Assembly (NCBI GenBank): GCA_028697145.1
Contig: JAQVFR010000003.1
Coordinates: forward strand, 76,834-140,833
Reading direction: 5' to 3'
DNA: 64,000 nucleotides
Origin: Actinomycetota bacterium
GTDB lineage: Bacteria; Actinomycetota; Geothermincolia; Geothermincolales; RBG-13-55-18
Part shown: positions 1 to 9,246 of the stretch, piece by piece
Numbering within the stretch: position 1 is the stretch's first letter
Layout of the letters: the number at the start of each line of letters is the position of its first letter
Made by a program: the position numbers and the translations under genes
Notes under the pieces: generated by a model
What the model was told of the DNA's origin: nothing
The model's input: only the letters and a program-made list of their open reading frames with translations
The model's database searches: none

Positions 1-2548
1 CGCCGGCCGTGGCCAGGGCTGCGTTGAGGGCATCTGCCAGCGCGTTGGCATCGAGGGCCCCCACCAGGGAGGTGATCCATGCCTCGTTGGCGTTCAGACC
101 CTCGGCCATGGCCGCCCCGTCGAGGTGGTTGAGGATGTTCTCCACCAGCGCCGCGTTGCCGTTCAACCCCCGCGCCACCGCATCAGCCGTCTGGGCGTTG
201 AGGTTCTGGATCAGCGTGGCGATGAAGTCGTCCATGGGGTAAGGCCCCGTGGGCGGGTTCATGACATCGGCGATCACCTGGGCGAGCGCGGGGTCGGTCG
301 CCTCCACCAGTGCCTGTAGAAAACCTCCTCCGCCGGGTCCTGCGTTCTCGTTCAGGCCCATCGCCACCTCGTGCCCCACGTTGGCGTCCAGCCGTGGCAA
401 CAGGGTGGTTATAAGCTGGGTGTTGTTCTTGAGGCCCTGGGCTATCTCGACGGCGACCTGGTCGTTTAGGTTAGCCATGAGTTGCGTGGTCAAATCCGTT
501 GTGTTCTGGTTCAACCCCTCGGCAATGGCCATTCCCACCTGCGGGGAGAGGTTCTGAACAAGGGGGGCGATGATGGCCGGATTGGCGTTGAGGGCATCCG
601 CGATCCGGCGGCTGGTGCTGCCGCTGAGATAGCGGGCCACTGTTGTCGCCGTGGCCGGGTTGGCGTTCATGCCGTCCGCTATGGCCGCCGCCGCGGTATC
701 GTTGAGGTTCTCCAGCATGCCCGCGACGAAGTCGGGATTCGAGTTCACCGCGTCGGCAACCACCCTTGCGTCGGTCGAGACGAGCAGCGAGCGGATCATG
801 GACTGCGCCAGCGGCTGGCCGGCGTCGGTATTGACCCCGTTCGCTATGGCCTGGGCTGCCCCCTCGTTGAGGAGCGGTATGAGCCCGGCGATGAGCGCAT
901 CCGCGGCCCCCGAGTTCAGGATGCCGGCCAGCACCGCCGGATCCGCCGTCCCGAGTACGGTATCCAGCATGGCCGGGTTGGCGTTGAGGGCCTGCGCCGC
1001 GGCCTGGGCGACGTTATTGGGCAGCATGGCCAGAAGGGTGGGCACGAACAGTCCCGAGAGGTCCAGGGCGTGAGACACCTGTGCAGCGTCCAGGCTGTTG
1101 GTCAGGTTTATCAGCAACTGGGGGTTGTCGTTCGATCCCTTGAGGGCCGCCTCGACCAGCCCGGGGGATATCCCCCGCACCAGGCCGGTCAAGAAAGACG
1201 GGGCCTGGGCCAGGGCGGAGGCTATTTGCGCCCCGTCCAGGTTTGCCAGCAGGGCCTTGGCCAGCTCCGGGTTACCCTCCAGGGCCTCGTTGGTCATCTC
1301 GGCCATCACGGGGTCGAGCAGCGGCAGCAGGCGCGTAACGAAGTCGGTGTTCTCCCCCAGGGCAGCCCCGAGCGCCGCGGTGTCGATGAGGGGGAGCACC
1401 CGCGTGACCATGCTCTGGTTGTTGAGCATGGTCGCCACCAGCTCCGGATCTATCCTGTCCATGACCTTGTAGATGAGGTCGGGGTTGGCGTTGGCAATGC
1501 CCGCCGCCCAGGCGGGGTCGATGGCGTTGATGAGACCCGATGTGAACGGGGAGGAGTTGTTCATCATCGCCACTATCACCCCGGGGTCCAGCCTCGCCAT
1601 GAGATCGTTGATCCAGACGTGATCGTGCGCGGTGAGGGCGAGCACGTTGGACAGCAGCTGGTCGGAGAGGCTGCCCACCAGGTCGGCGGTGGAGCCGGAA
1701 TTGGCATTGAGAACCGCCGCGATGACCGCGGGATTGAGGTAGCTCATCATCCTGGACATGAAGGTGGGATGGGCGTTCATCCCCGCCGAGAGGACCGCGG
1801 GGTCGAGATATCTCATGATCCCCGAGACGAAGGAGCCGTTGGCGTTCACCACGCCGGCCACCACGGCGGTGTCCAGATACCCCAGGAGGTCGCCCACCAT
1901 GGACGGGTTGCCGTTCAGCGCCCCGGCCAGGACGGCCGGGTCCAGGAACCCTATGAGCGAGGTGACGAAGGGGCCGTTGGCGTTCACCGCTCCCGCTATG
2001 ACCGCCGCGTCCATGGCCCCCGTCATGGCCGTGAGAAACTCCACGTTCACGTTCAGCGCGTCCGCTATGACCTTGGGATCGAGCTGCCCCAGGAGATCCG
2101 CCACGACGGGCCCGCTCTCGTTGACTATGGTGGCTATAGCCTCGGGATCCAGGTATTCCATCACTTCCGTGATGAAATCGGCCGCGACCTGGTCGTTCAG
2201 GGCGTAGGCCAGGGTCGCCGGGTCCAGTTCGGAGAGAAGCGCGGCTACGAACTCCGGGCTCTCGTTTATCCCATCTGCTATGGTCTCGACGCCCTCTCCC
2301 TCCAGCGCCGTGAAGAGGTCCGCCATCATCTGGGGATTGTTGCGCATCGCCTCGGCCAGGGCTGCGGGGTCCAGGTTCTCGATGAGGCCCGAGAGGATGC
2401 GCTTTGTACAGGCGAGTTTGCCGATGAGGGGTCCGGCGGGATTACGGGAAGGGATGAAGGCCAGAGCGCCCACGACCAGCGCCCCGATGACCAGGACGAT
2501 GACCACGATGTTGATCACTGTCTGGACTGAAGTCCTCAGCATCCATAT
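1..2548 (-). CDS. Large membrane-anchored tandem-repeat protein, 3' end outside window; more than 30 copies of a ~25-aa repeat with consensus LDPxxLAxxLNxNPxF
   Basis: I translated the minus strand myself; this ORF is missing from the track because it has no stop inside the window. ATG at 2546-2548 is preceded by GAGGA. The N-terminus MLRTSVQTVINIVVIVLVIGALVVGALAFI is a TM/signal anchor. More than 850 aa follow with the recurring LDP..LA..LN.N motif. All plus-strand ORFs here are low-complexity G/V/R shadows. Confidence 0.6.
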   Translation of the reverse strand, partial: MWMLRTSVQTVINIVVIVLVIGALVVGALAFIPSRNPAGPLIGKLACTKRILSGLIENLDPAALAEAMRNNPQMMADLFTALEGEGVETIADGINESPEFVAALLSELDPATLAYALNDQVAADFITEVMEYLDPEAIATIVNESGPVVADLLGQLDPKVIADALNVNVEFLTAMTGAMDAAVIAGAVNANGPFVTSLIGFLDPAVLAGALNGNPSMVGDLLGYLDTAVVAGVVNANGSFVSGIMRYLDPAVLSAGMNAHPTFMSRMMSYLNPAVIAAVLNANSGSTADLVGSLSDQLLSNVLALTAHDHVWINDLMARLDPGVIVAMMNNSSPFTSGLINAIDPAWAAGIANANPDLIYKVMDRIDPELVATMLNNQSMVTRVLPLIDTAALGAALGENTDFVTRLLPLLDPVMAEMTNEALEGNPELAKALLANLDGAQIASALAQAPSFLTGLVRGISPGLVEAALKGSNDNPQLLINLTNSLDAAQVSHALDLSGLFVPTLLAMLPNNVAQAAAQALNANPAMLDTVLGTADPAVLAGILNSGAADALIAGLIPLLNEGAAQAIANGVNTDAGQPLAQSMIRSLLVSTDARVVADAVNSNPDFVAGMLENLNDTAAAAIADGMNANPATATTVARYLSGSTSRRIADALNANPAIIAPLVQNLSPQVGMAIAEGLNQNTTDLTTQLMANLNDQVAVEIAQGLKNNTQLITTLLPRLDANVGHEVAMGLNENAGPGGGGFLQALVEATDPALAQVIADVMNPPTGPYPMDDFIATLIQNLNAQTADAVARGLNGNAALVENILNHLDGAAMAEGLNANEAWITSLVGALDANALADALNAALATAG

Positions 2549-2574
2549 CCTCGCTTCAAACCTTCAGCCAATCG

Positions 2575-2690
2575 ATATTATACAAATATCCTGACTATAT
2601 ATAATAAACATCAAGACGGGCAGCCCTGTAAACCCCCAGTACGCTAATTTGCACCATTGTAGCAGCACGGTAACACATTTGTAACAACGC
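2575..2690 (-). promoter_or_regulatory. AT-rich promoter region for the repeat-protein gene, with TTACAA-N17-TACAAT and TGTATAAT-like elements on the minus strand
   Basis: This is the only AT-rich stretch in an otherwise GC-rich region. The hexamers were read directly on the reverse complement. It sits in the 283-bp gap between the S8 stop (2832) and the repeat-protein ATG (2548). Confidence 0.3.
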
Positions 2691-2831
2691 AAGCAAGCAT
2701 CTTTTGACCGGGGTGCTGTCTTGGCGGCCCGGACCGGCACCTGGTTTCCCGTTTCGTCCGACGCCCTCGCCCCGGTCCCCATCATCCGGCATCACGGAGT
2801 CAATCGTTGCTTTCGGCTCCCCCCGCCGCCG

Positions 2832-5657
2832 TCATGGATTCAATGCCCCGAGGGCGGCGCTCCCACCCTCCCGCTCGGACCAGTACATGGCGCGCTCCAC
2901 GACAAGGGGGGTATCCGAGGTGACCTGGACGGAAACATCCCGGCCGGGATCCACCTCGCCCGCGGTAACGGTTGCACGCTCGTACGCTCCCAGCTTCACC
3001 TGGTAGTCGAGGCTGCTGCCGTCGTTGCGCATGAAGCGGAGGGTAGCATGGGCGACGCGCTCCGTGGGATTGAGCAAGAGGACGAATTCCTCGAATCCCC
3101 ACGCGGTGGTGCCCTCGGCCAGGTACCATTCTCGCGACGCCGTAAGAGATCCCGAGCTGCCATGCCCGCCCGCGCGGGCGCGGGAGCCCCGGGGCCAGTA
3201 CATGGCCCGTTCTACGATGACCGGTTGTTCGCTGCGCACGTAGGTGGACACCTCGCTTCCCGGCACCGACTCGGCCATGTTCAGGGTAAGGCGCGAGCGC
3301 GGGCCCGCCGTGCGCACCGCTCGCACCACGCTCCCATCAGGCCTCATGAAGGAAAAGGTCACGCTCGCCGGGACATCGTTCGGGTTCTGCACCAGCACCC
3401 AGGTCTCGAACCCGTAATCGGTACATCCCTCTGCGAGGTACCAGGTGTTGCATCCGCCTGCGACCCCCAGGGTAGCGTGGCCACCGTCCCTCCCGTTCCA
3501 GTACATCGCCCTCTCCACCACCACCGGCACGTCGGATTGGATACGGGTGGAGGCATCGCTCGATCCGACCAGGTCGTTCAAGGGGAGGGTGAGGCGCGAA
3601 AACGCGGCTGTGGAGAAATCGAACTGCTGGGTGGAACCGTCCGGCCTCATGAAGGTCGCACGCACCGCTGCCGGGGTGGGGTTGGGGTTCTGCACCAGCA
3701 CGTATGTCTCGAAACCCCAGGCGGTCGAACCCTCGGCCAGGTACCAGTCCGATCCCAATGAGTTCGATCCCACCGCGACATGGCCTCCCCTCCTCCCGCC
3801 CCAGTACATGGCCCTTTCGGCCACCACCGGCACGTCTGCCCTCACGTGGGTGGAGACGTCGCTTGCGCTTACGAGTGAGTTGACCGCGATGGTAAGCCTC
3901 GAGTTGCCGCCCATCACGTAGGAATGACCCTGGGTCGCGCCCCCGGGCTTCATGAAATCCACCTGAACCTCTGCCGGGGTGGGGTTAGGATTCTGGATCA
4001 GCACGTAGGTCTCGAAACCCCAGGCGGTGCTTCCTTCCGCCAGGTACCAGTCCCGGGAGGGGCGCGGCTGGCTGCGGTTGTTGTACACCGTCACGGCGTG
4101 CTCGCCCTCCCATGTGCCGCCGGGATCGATGGCCTTGACGGTTATGATATGGGTCCCCTCCGCGAGCTGGCTGAGGTCCCATGACGTGAACTCGTGGCTC
4201 GAGTTGAACCCTGGTACAGGCTCGGAATAGGACTCGATGAGCGCTCCGTCCAGGTGGAACTCCAGGTACTTTACGGTCGTATTGGTACTGGCGGCCGCCG
4301 CGGACACCTTTCCCGAGGCCGGATAGGAGTAGTCCAGCGGATAGGTCACCGTTACCAGGGGTACCCTCAGGGCTCCACTGGCGTCGAGCAGCCCCCAGCC
4401 GTATTCCTCATCATAACCCGGGCTTCCCAGGTCGCGGGCGCTGTCCCTCAACCTGCGCCACACCTCGTCCGGGGTGGAGCCGGGGTATTCCGCCAGCACC
4501 AGCAGGGCGGCAGCCGACACGTGGGGGGTGGCCTCCGACGTGCCTGCGCCAAACTGGTAATCGTCGTTCAGCATGGTGCCGTAGATCCTCTCTCCGGGCG
4601 CCACAATGTCCACGCTGGAGTTACGGTTGGAAAACCAGGATCGGCTGCCGTCCATGCCTACGGAACCGACGCCGATGACGCCGGTGATGCCGGCGGGGTA
4701 ATTGACGCGAGCGTCGCCCTCGTTTCCGACCGCCGCCGTCAATACGCACCCCATGGAGATGGCGAACTCGACGGCATCGGCCAGTTCCTGCGAGTAAATC
4801 GACGAGGTCAGGCTCATGTTGATCACGTCGGCTCCGTTGGTGGCGGCATGGTAGATGGAGCTCACCACGCTGTCCAGGTAGCCCTCCCCATCGCTCCCCA
4901 GCGCCTTGAGGGGCATGATGCGCGCCTGCCAGTCCAGTCCGGCTATGCCGATACCGTTGTCGGTGTTGGCGCAGGCCATCCCGGACACCATGGTCCCGTG
5001 GCCGTTATCGTCCCAGGGGTCCGGGTCGTTGTTGAAGTAATCCCACCCCCCACTGTGGCGGCCGCTGAGGTCCTCGTGGGTATATTCCAGGCCGGTGTCG
5101 ATCACGGCCAGGGTCATTCCCGGCGACCCCTGCTGCATGTCCCATGCCTCGCCGGCGTTAACTCCGAAGGCGCCGCTCAGGTTCCATTGCTCGTCATAGA
5201 GGGCATCGTTCGGCTCCGTGGCGCAGACGCTGAAGACGATATTCGGCTCGGCCGCTCTGACCAGCGGCGAAGCCATGAGCTTGCGGGCGGCCTCCAGCTC
5301 GTCCTGCCCTGGACGCAGCCGCAGTCTTATCGCCGTCTTGCGGCGGCTCGCGACGAATTCGGAGAGGGCCTCCCCAGCGTCTCCGGCCAGGATGGCCGCG
5401 AACTCCCCGATGAGGCTGCCCAGGTCCTGGAGCGAGGGGGTCTCGAGCACCACCACGACCTCCCCGGGCTTGAAACTGCCGGGGGGATAATGCGACTTAT
5501 CGAGGCGCGCCGCAAGCGCTCTCTTCTCGGTATCGGTTTCCGCGGCCTCGGAGGCGGCGCACACCATGCCGGACAGGATGCCTAAACACAGCAAGGCGGC
5601 GATCAGGATGGAGGCGGCGGCGCGCAGGGCGGTCTCCGTCGTTTTTCTTCCGTGCAA
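2832..5657 (-). CDS. Secreted subtilisin-like serine peptidase (S8) with five C-terminal ~115-aa repeat domains
   Basis: Signal peptide (…ILIAALLCLGILSGMVCAASEA). S8 triad motifs VIDTGLEY (Asp), HGTMVSGMA (His), GTSEATPHVSAAA (Ser). Five copies of WYLAEG.T.GFET.VL.QNPN…PVVVERAMYW. TTG start preceded by GGGAGGAG. Confidence 0.85.
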   Translation of the reverse strand: MHGRKTTETALRAAASILIAALLCLGILSGMVCAASEAAETDTEKRALAARLDKSHYPPGSFKPGEVVVVLETPSLQDLGSLIGEFAAILAGDAGEALSEFVASRRKTAIRLRLRPGQDELEAARKLMASPLVRAAEPNIVFSVCATEPNDALYDEQWNLSGAFGVNAGEAWDMQQGSPGMTLAVIDTGLEYTHEDLSGRHSGGWDYFNNDPDPWDDNGHGTMVSGMACANTDNGIGIAGLDWQARIMPLKALGSDGEGYLDSVVSSIYHAATNGADVINMSLTSSIYSQELADAVEFAISMGCVLTAAVGNEGDARVNYPAGITGVIGVGSVGMDGSRSWFSNRNSSVDIVAPGERIYGTMLNDDYQFGAGTSEATPHVSAAALLVLAEYPGSTPDEVWRRLRDSARDLGSPGYDEEYGWGLLDASGALRVPLVTVTYPLDYSYPASGKVSAAAASTNTTVKYLEFHLDGALIESYSEPVPGFNSSHEFTSWDLSQLAEGTHIITVKAIDPGGTWEGEHAVTVYNNRSQPRPSRDWYLAEGSTAWGFETYVLIQNPNPTPAEVQVDFMKPGGATQGHSYVMGGNSRLTIAVNSLVSASDVSTHVRADVPVVAERAMYWGGRRGGHVAVGSNSLGSDWYLAEGSTAWGFETYVLVQNPNPTPAAVRATFMRPDGSTQQFDFSTAAFSRLTLPLNDLVGSSDASTRIQSDVPVVVERAMYWNGRDGGHATLGVAGGCNTWYLAEGCTDYGFETWVLVQNPNDVPASVTFSFMRPDGSVVRAVRTAGPRSRLTLNMAESVPGSEVSTYVRSEQPVIVERAMYWPRGSRARAGGHGSSGSLTASREWYLAEGTTAWGFEEFVLLLNPTERVAHATLRFMRNDGSSLDYQVKLGAYERATVTAGEVDPGRDVSVQVTSDTPLVVERAMYWSEREGGSAALGALNP

Positions 5658-5686
5658 TGCTGGCTCCTCCCGAATCGTCCGCGGAG

Positions 5687-6973
5687 TTATTCCGGGCCGC
5701 CGTTGAACTCGTCGTCCACGCCGGCGCGGGCTATATCCGCCCCCAGGGCGGAGAGCTTCTGCTCCAGCCTCTGATAACCCCGGTCGACGTGATGCACGTC
5801 CAGCAGGTGCGTCTCTCCCTCCGCCGTCAGTCCGGCCAGCACCAGGGCGGCGCCGGCGCGAAGATCCGGGGCGCAGACCTCGGCGCCGCTCAGGGCGCCG
5901 ACTCCCCGCACGATGGCATGATGGCCCTCGATATCGATGTCACACCCCATACGGTTGAGCTCGTCAACGAACATGAAGCGGCTCTCGAAGACGTTCTCGG
6001 TGATCACGCTGGTGCCGGAGGCAAGGCTCAGAAGGACCATCATCTGCGGCTGCAGATCGGTGGGGAAACCCGGGTAAGGCAGGGTGGCGAGGTTAACCGG
6101 CTCATACCCGCCGTCGCCCCTGACCATCATGCCGTCCTGGCGCTCCTCTACCTCCACTCCCGTCTCGCGCAGTTTCTCCAAAGGCAGGCCCAGGTGGGCC
6201 GGGTCTATGCCGCTCACGACCACCTCTCCCGCGGTCACCGCTGCCGCAACTGCCAGGGTGCCGGCCTCGATGCGGTCTCCGATGGCCTCGTGCTCCACTC
6301 CACTCAGCCTTGACGGTCCTGTGACCTCGATGACCGCCGTGCCCGCCCCCTCGATCTCCGCTCCCATGGAGCGCAGGAAGGCGACCAGGTCCTGTATCTC
6401 GGGTTCGCGGGCTGCGTTCTCTATTACCGTCCGTCCCTCTGCCCCCACGGCCGCCATGATGAGGTTCTCGGTCGCACCCACGCTGGGGAAATCCAGTATT
6501 ATCTGCGCCCCCTTCAGCCGCGGGGCGCGCGCACGCACGTAGCCGTGCTCGCTGCTTATCTCCGCCCCGAGTTCTGCCAGGCCCTTGAGGTGCATGTCGA
6601 TCTTGCGCGAGCCTATGTTGCATCCTCCCGGGATGGCCACTGACGCCTCGCCCCAGCGGGCGACCAGGGGCCCGAGGACGACGATGGACGCCCGCATCCT
6701 TCTCACCAGCTGGTAGGGGGCCTCCCGCGACGAGAAGTCCCCGGACCGTATTCTCAGCGCCTCGCCGTCCCATTCGACCTCCGCCCCCAGGTGCCGCAAC
6801 ACCTCGACCATTATCTCCACGTCGGTGATGCGGGGGACGTTGCGGATGACGCATTCCTCGGGGGTGAGCAGGCTTGCGGCCATAAGCTTGAGCACGGAGT
6901 TCTTCGCTCCGCCGACGCGAACCTCCCCCCGCAGGGAATTCCCGCCTGTGATAACGAACTTGCTCTTTTTCAT
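5687..6973 (-). CDS. murA: UDP-N-acetylglucosamine 1-carboxyvinyltransferase
   Basis: MKKSKFVITGGNSLRGEVRVGGAKNSVLKLMAASLL… is a typical MurA N-terminus and the fold runs full length. Start chosen at the ATG giving MKKSKF. Confidence 0.9.
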   Translation of the reverse strand: MKKSKFVITGGNSLRGEVRVGGAKNSVLKLMAASLLTPEECVIRNVPRITDVEIMVEVLRHLGAEVEWDGEALRIRSGDFSSREAPYQLVRRMRASIVVLGPLVARWGEASVAIPGGCNIGSRKIDMHLKGLAELGAEISSEHGYVRARAPRLKGAQIILDFPSVGATENLIMAAVGAEGRTVIENAAREPEIQDLVAFLRSMGAEIEGAGTAVIEVTGPSRLSGVEHEAIGDRIEAGTLAVAAAVTAGEVVVSGIDPAHLGLPLEKLRETGVEVEERQDGMMVRGDGGYEPVNLATLPYPGFPTDLQPQMMVLLSLASGTSVITENVFESRFMFVDELNRMGCDIDIEGHHAIVRGVGALSGAEVCAPDLRAGAALVLAGLTAEGETHLLDVHHVDRGYQRLEQKLSALGADIARAGVDDEFNGGPE

Positions 6974-7109
6974 ACCGAAAATGATACCACCTGCACCCAC
7001 CCTCCGCCTGTGCCGCGGGGTCAGGTTTTGCTTTCATGCAGAAAACCGCTGTTGCCAACAGGCAACATACCGGGGTATGCAAAAAACAAGACCTGACCCC
7101 ATCGAGCCG

Positions 7110-7769
7110 CTAGCCTCGCAACCTCTCCATACGCGCGGCTTCCTTGCGCTCCAGGGCCTTCTTGACCTTCTTGAGGCGGAAGATGTCCTCGCGGGCGCGC
7201 TCCTCGAGGCTCATCTGGATGAACTTGATCTGCTCGTCGTAATCGGGGATGACGATGTTCTCCAGCGCGTTCACGCGGCGGTTGGTCTTGCGCAGCTCCT
7301 CTCCAAGGCGCCTCAGCCGTGTCTCGATGTCGGCGGATTCGATGATAACGTCGATGATCTCCTCGAACTTCTCCGCCGCCGCGTCCACCCTGCTGGAGAC
7401 GCCGGTAATGCCGTACCCCCGCTTGAGGATATTGCGCATGCTGCTCTGCCCCTTGCGGATGACCGGGATAGGGACCCCCATGACGTGGGTACCCGTGATA
7501 TCCACCAGCACATCGCCCTGGGCGGCGTAGGACGCCGAGCGGACCTTCGTGCCCCCGTCCTTGGCCTTGGCCATGGCCAGGTCGAACTGGGCGTCGGCGG
7601 TAACTCTCTCCAGGCGCAGCGACAGACGCATGGTCTCATCGATGATGGGCATGAACTCCGCGAGCAGGGCGTCCCGCTTGCGTTTCAGAAGGTTCATCCC
7701 CTGGTCGGCCAGTGCGCGGTTGGCCTTGCGCTTTAAAAGCTCGCTCCGGGTCGGATGGACTTGTTCCAT
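7110..7769 (-). CDS. atpD: V/A-type ATP synthase subunit D
   Basis: 219 aa. The coiled-coil-rich sequence matches V-ATPase D; it is the last gene of the operon. Confidence 0.85.
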   Translation of the reverse strand: MEQVHPTRSELLKRKANRALADQGMNLLKRKRDALLAEFMPIIDETMRLSLRLERVTADAQFDLAMAKAKDGGTKVRSASYAAQGDVLVDITGTHVMGVPIPVIRKGQSSMRNILKRGYGITGVSSRVDAAAEKFEEIIDVIIESADIETRLRRLGEELRKTNRRVNALENIVIPDYDEQIKFIQMSLEERAREDIFRLKKVKKALERKEAARMERLRG

Positions 7770-7800
7770 GCGCCTTCTTCTCCTGCTCCGCCGCGCGCGA

Positions 7801-9222
7801 TCAGCTCTCGGCTGCGGCGAACTCCTCCGCCATCTCCGGGTTGTAGTTCTTGTCCACGTACTCCATCTTGATGCGCTTTATCGAGTCCTTAGGCATCATG
7901 CTGATGAGTTTCCACCCCAGTTCAAGGGTCTGGTCCAGCTCGCGGTTCTCTTCCTTCTGGTCGAGGTAGTTCTGCTCGAAGGCATCGGCGAACTTGAGCG
8001 CCATGCGGTCTATGTCCGTGAGGGCTTCCTCTCCCACGATAGCCACCAGGCGCCGCAGGTCCACGCCCTCTGCGTAGTAGGCGTAGAGCTGGTCGGCGAC
8101 GCCGCGGTGGTCCCCGCGCGTGCGCCCCTCGCCGATCCCCAGGTTCATGAGGCGTGAGAGGCAGGGCAAGACGTCGATGCAGGGGAAGATGCCGCGGCGG
8201 TGCAGGGTGCGCGAGAGCACGATCTGCCCCTCGGTGATATATCCCGTGAGGTCGGGGATGGGATGGGTGATGTCGTCGTCGGGCATTGCCAGGATGGGCA
8301 CCTGGGTGACGGAGCCGGGCTTGCCCTTGATGCGCCCCGCCCGCTCGTAGATGGAGGCCAGGTCGGTGTACATGTAACCGGGATATCCACGGCGGCCCGG
8401 CACCTCCTCGCGCGCGGTCGAGATCTCGCGCAGGGCCTCGCAATAGTTGGTCATGTCGGTGAGGATGACCAGCACCTGCATGTCGTGCTCGAAGGCCAGG
8501 AACTCCGCCACGGTAAGGGCGCAGCGCGGGGTCTGCAGCCTCTCCACCGTGGGGTCGTCGGCCAGATTGAGGAAGAAGACCACGCGCTCGAGGGCGCCCG
8601 AACGCGCGAAGCTGTCCTGGAAGAAAGAGGCCTCGCGGCGGGTGATGCCCATGGCTGCGAAGACGATGGCGAACTCCTCCCCTCCCACGATCTTCGCGTT
8701 CTTCACGATCTGCGCCGCGAGCTCGTTACCGGGAAGGCCGGCTCCCGAGAAGATGGGGAGCTTCTGCCCGCGCACCAGGGTGTTGAGGCCGTCGATGGCG
8801 GAAACCCCGGTCTGGATGAAGTCGCGGGGCTCCTCACGGCTCCAGGGGTTGATGGGCGAGCCGGAGATCTCCCGCTCCTCCTCCGGGAACACCTCGGGGC
8901 CCCCGTCGATGGGCTGCCCCAGGCCGTTGAGGACGCGCCCCAGGAGGTTGGCGGAGCAGGGCATCTTGGCTACCTCTCCCTGGAAACGCACGTTGGTCTT
9001 ATCCACGTCGAGCCCCGCCGTGGGGCCGAAGACCTGCACCACGGCCAGTTCACCCGAAAGCTCGATGACCTGTCCGTACTTGGTCGAGCCGTCCGCGGAG
9101 TGTATCTCCACCATCTCGTTGTAAGAAGCGCCCTTGACCTTGCTCACGAAGAGCAGGGGTCCGGCGACCTCTCCTACCGTGCGGTATTCCGTCGTGGCCA
9201 GGTAAGTACTACCGTTCGACAT
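7801..9222 (-). CDS. atpB: V/A-type ATP synthase subunit B
   Basis: 473 aa. A/B-family nucleotide-binding fold without a full P-loop (…[16 protein letters not shown]…). Confidence 0.9.
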   Translation of the reverse strand: MSNGSTYLATTEYRTVGEVAGPLLFVSKVKGASYNEMVEIHSADGSTKYGQVIELSGELAVVQVFGPTAGLDVDKTNVRFQGEVAKMPCSANLLGRVLNGLGQPIDGGPEVFPEEEREISGSPINPWSREEPRDFIQTGVSAIDGLNTLVRGQKLPIFSGAGLPGNELAAQIVKNAKIVGGEEFAIVFAAMGITRREASFFQDSFARSGALERVVFFLNLADDPTVERLQTPRCALTVAEFLAFEHDMQVLVILTDMTNYCEALREISTAREEVPGRRGYPGYMYTDLASIYERAGRIKGKPGSVTQVPILAMPDDDITHPIPDLTGYITEGQIVLSRTLHRRGIFPCIDVLPCLSRLMNLGIGEGRTRGDHRGVADQLYAYYAEGVDLRRLVAIVGEEALTDIDRMALKFADAFEQNYLDQKEENRELDQTLELGWKLISMMPKDSIKRIKMEYVDKNYNPEMAEEFAAAES

Positions 9223-9246
9223 CTTTAATCTCCCGCTTCCTCTTCC

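Noticed and set aside
482-2530. 682-aa plus-strand ORF and the overlapping plus ORFs at 651..1073, 1098..1472, 1758..2207 and 2280..2594
   Set aside because: Low-complexity G/V/R/H-rich translations. They are antisense to a far more convincing minus-strand repeat-protein ORF that has a TM anchor and an RBS.
2721-5585. Plus-strand ORFs 2721..3761 and 4194..5585
   Set aside because: Antisense shadows of the S8 peptidase gene. No domains, R/G/H-rich.
6102-7082. 326-aa minus-strand ORF
   Set aside because: Alternate frame overlapping murA. Arg/Gly-rich with no recognisable fold.
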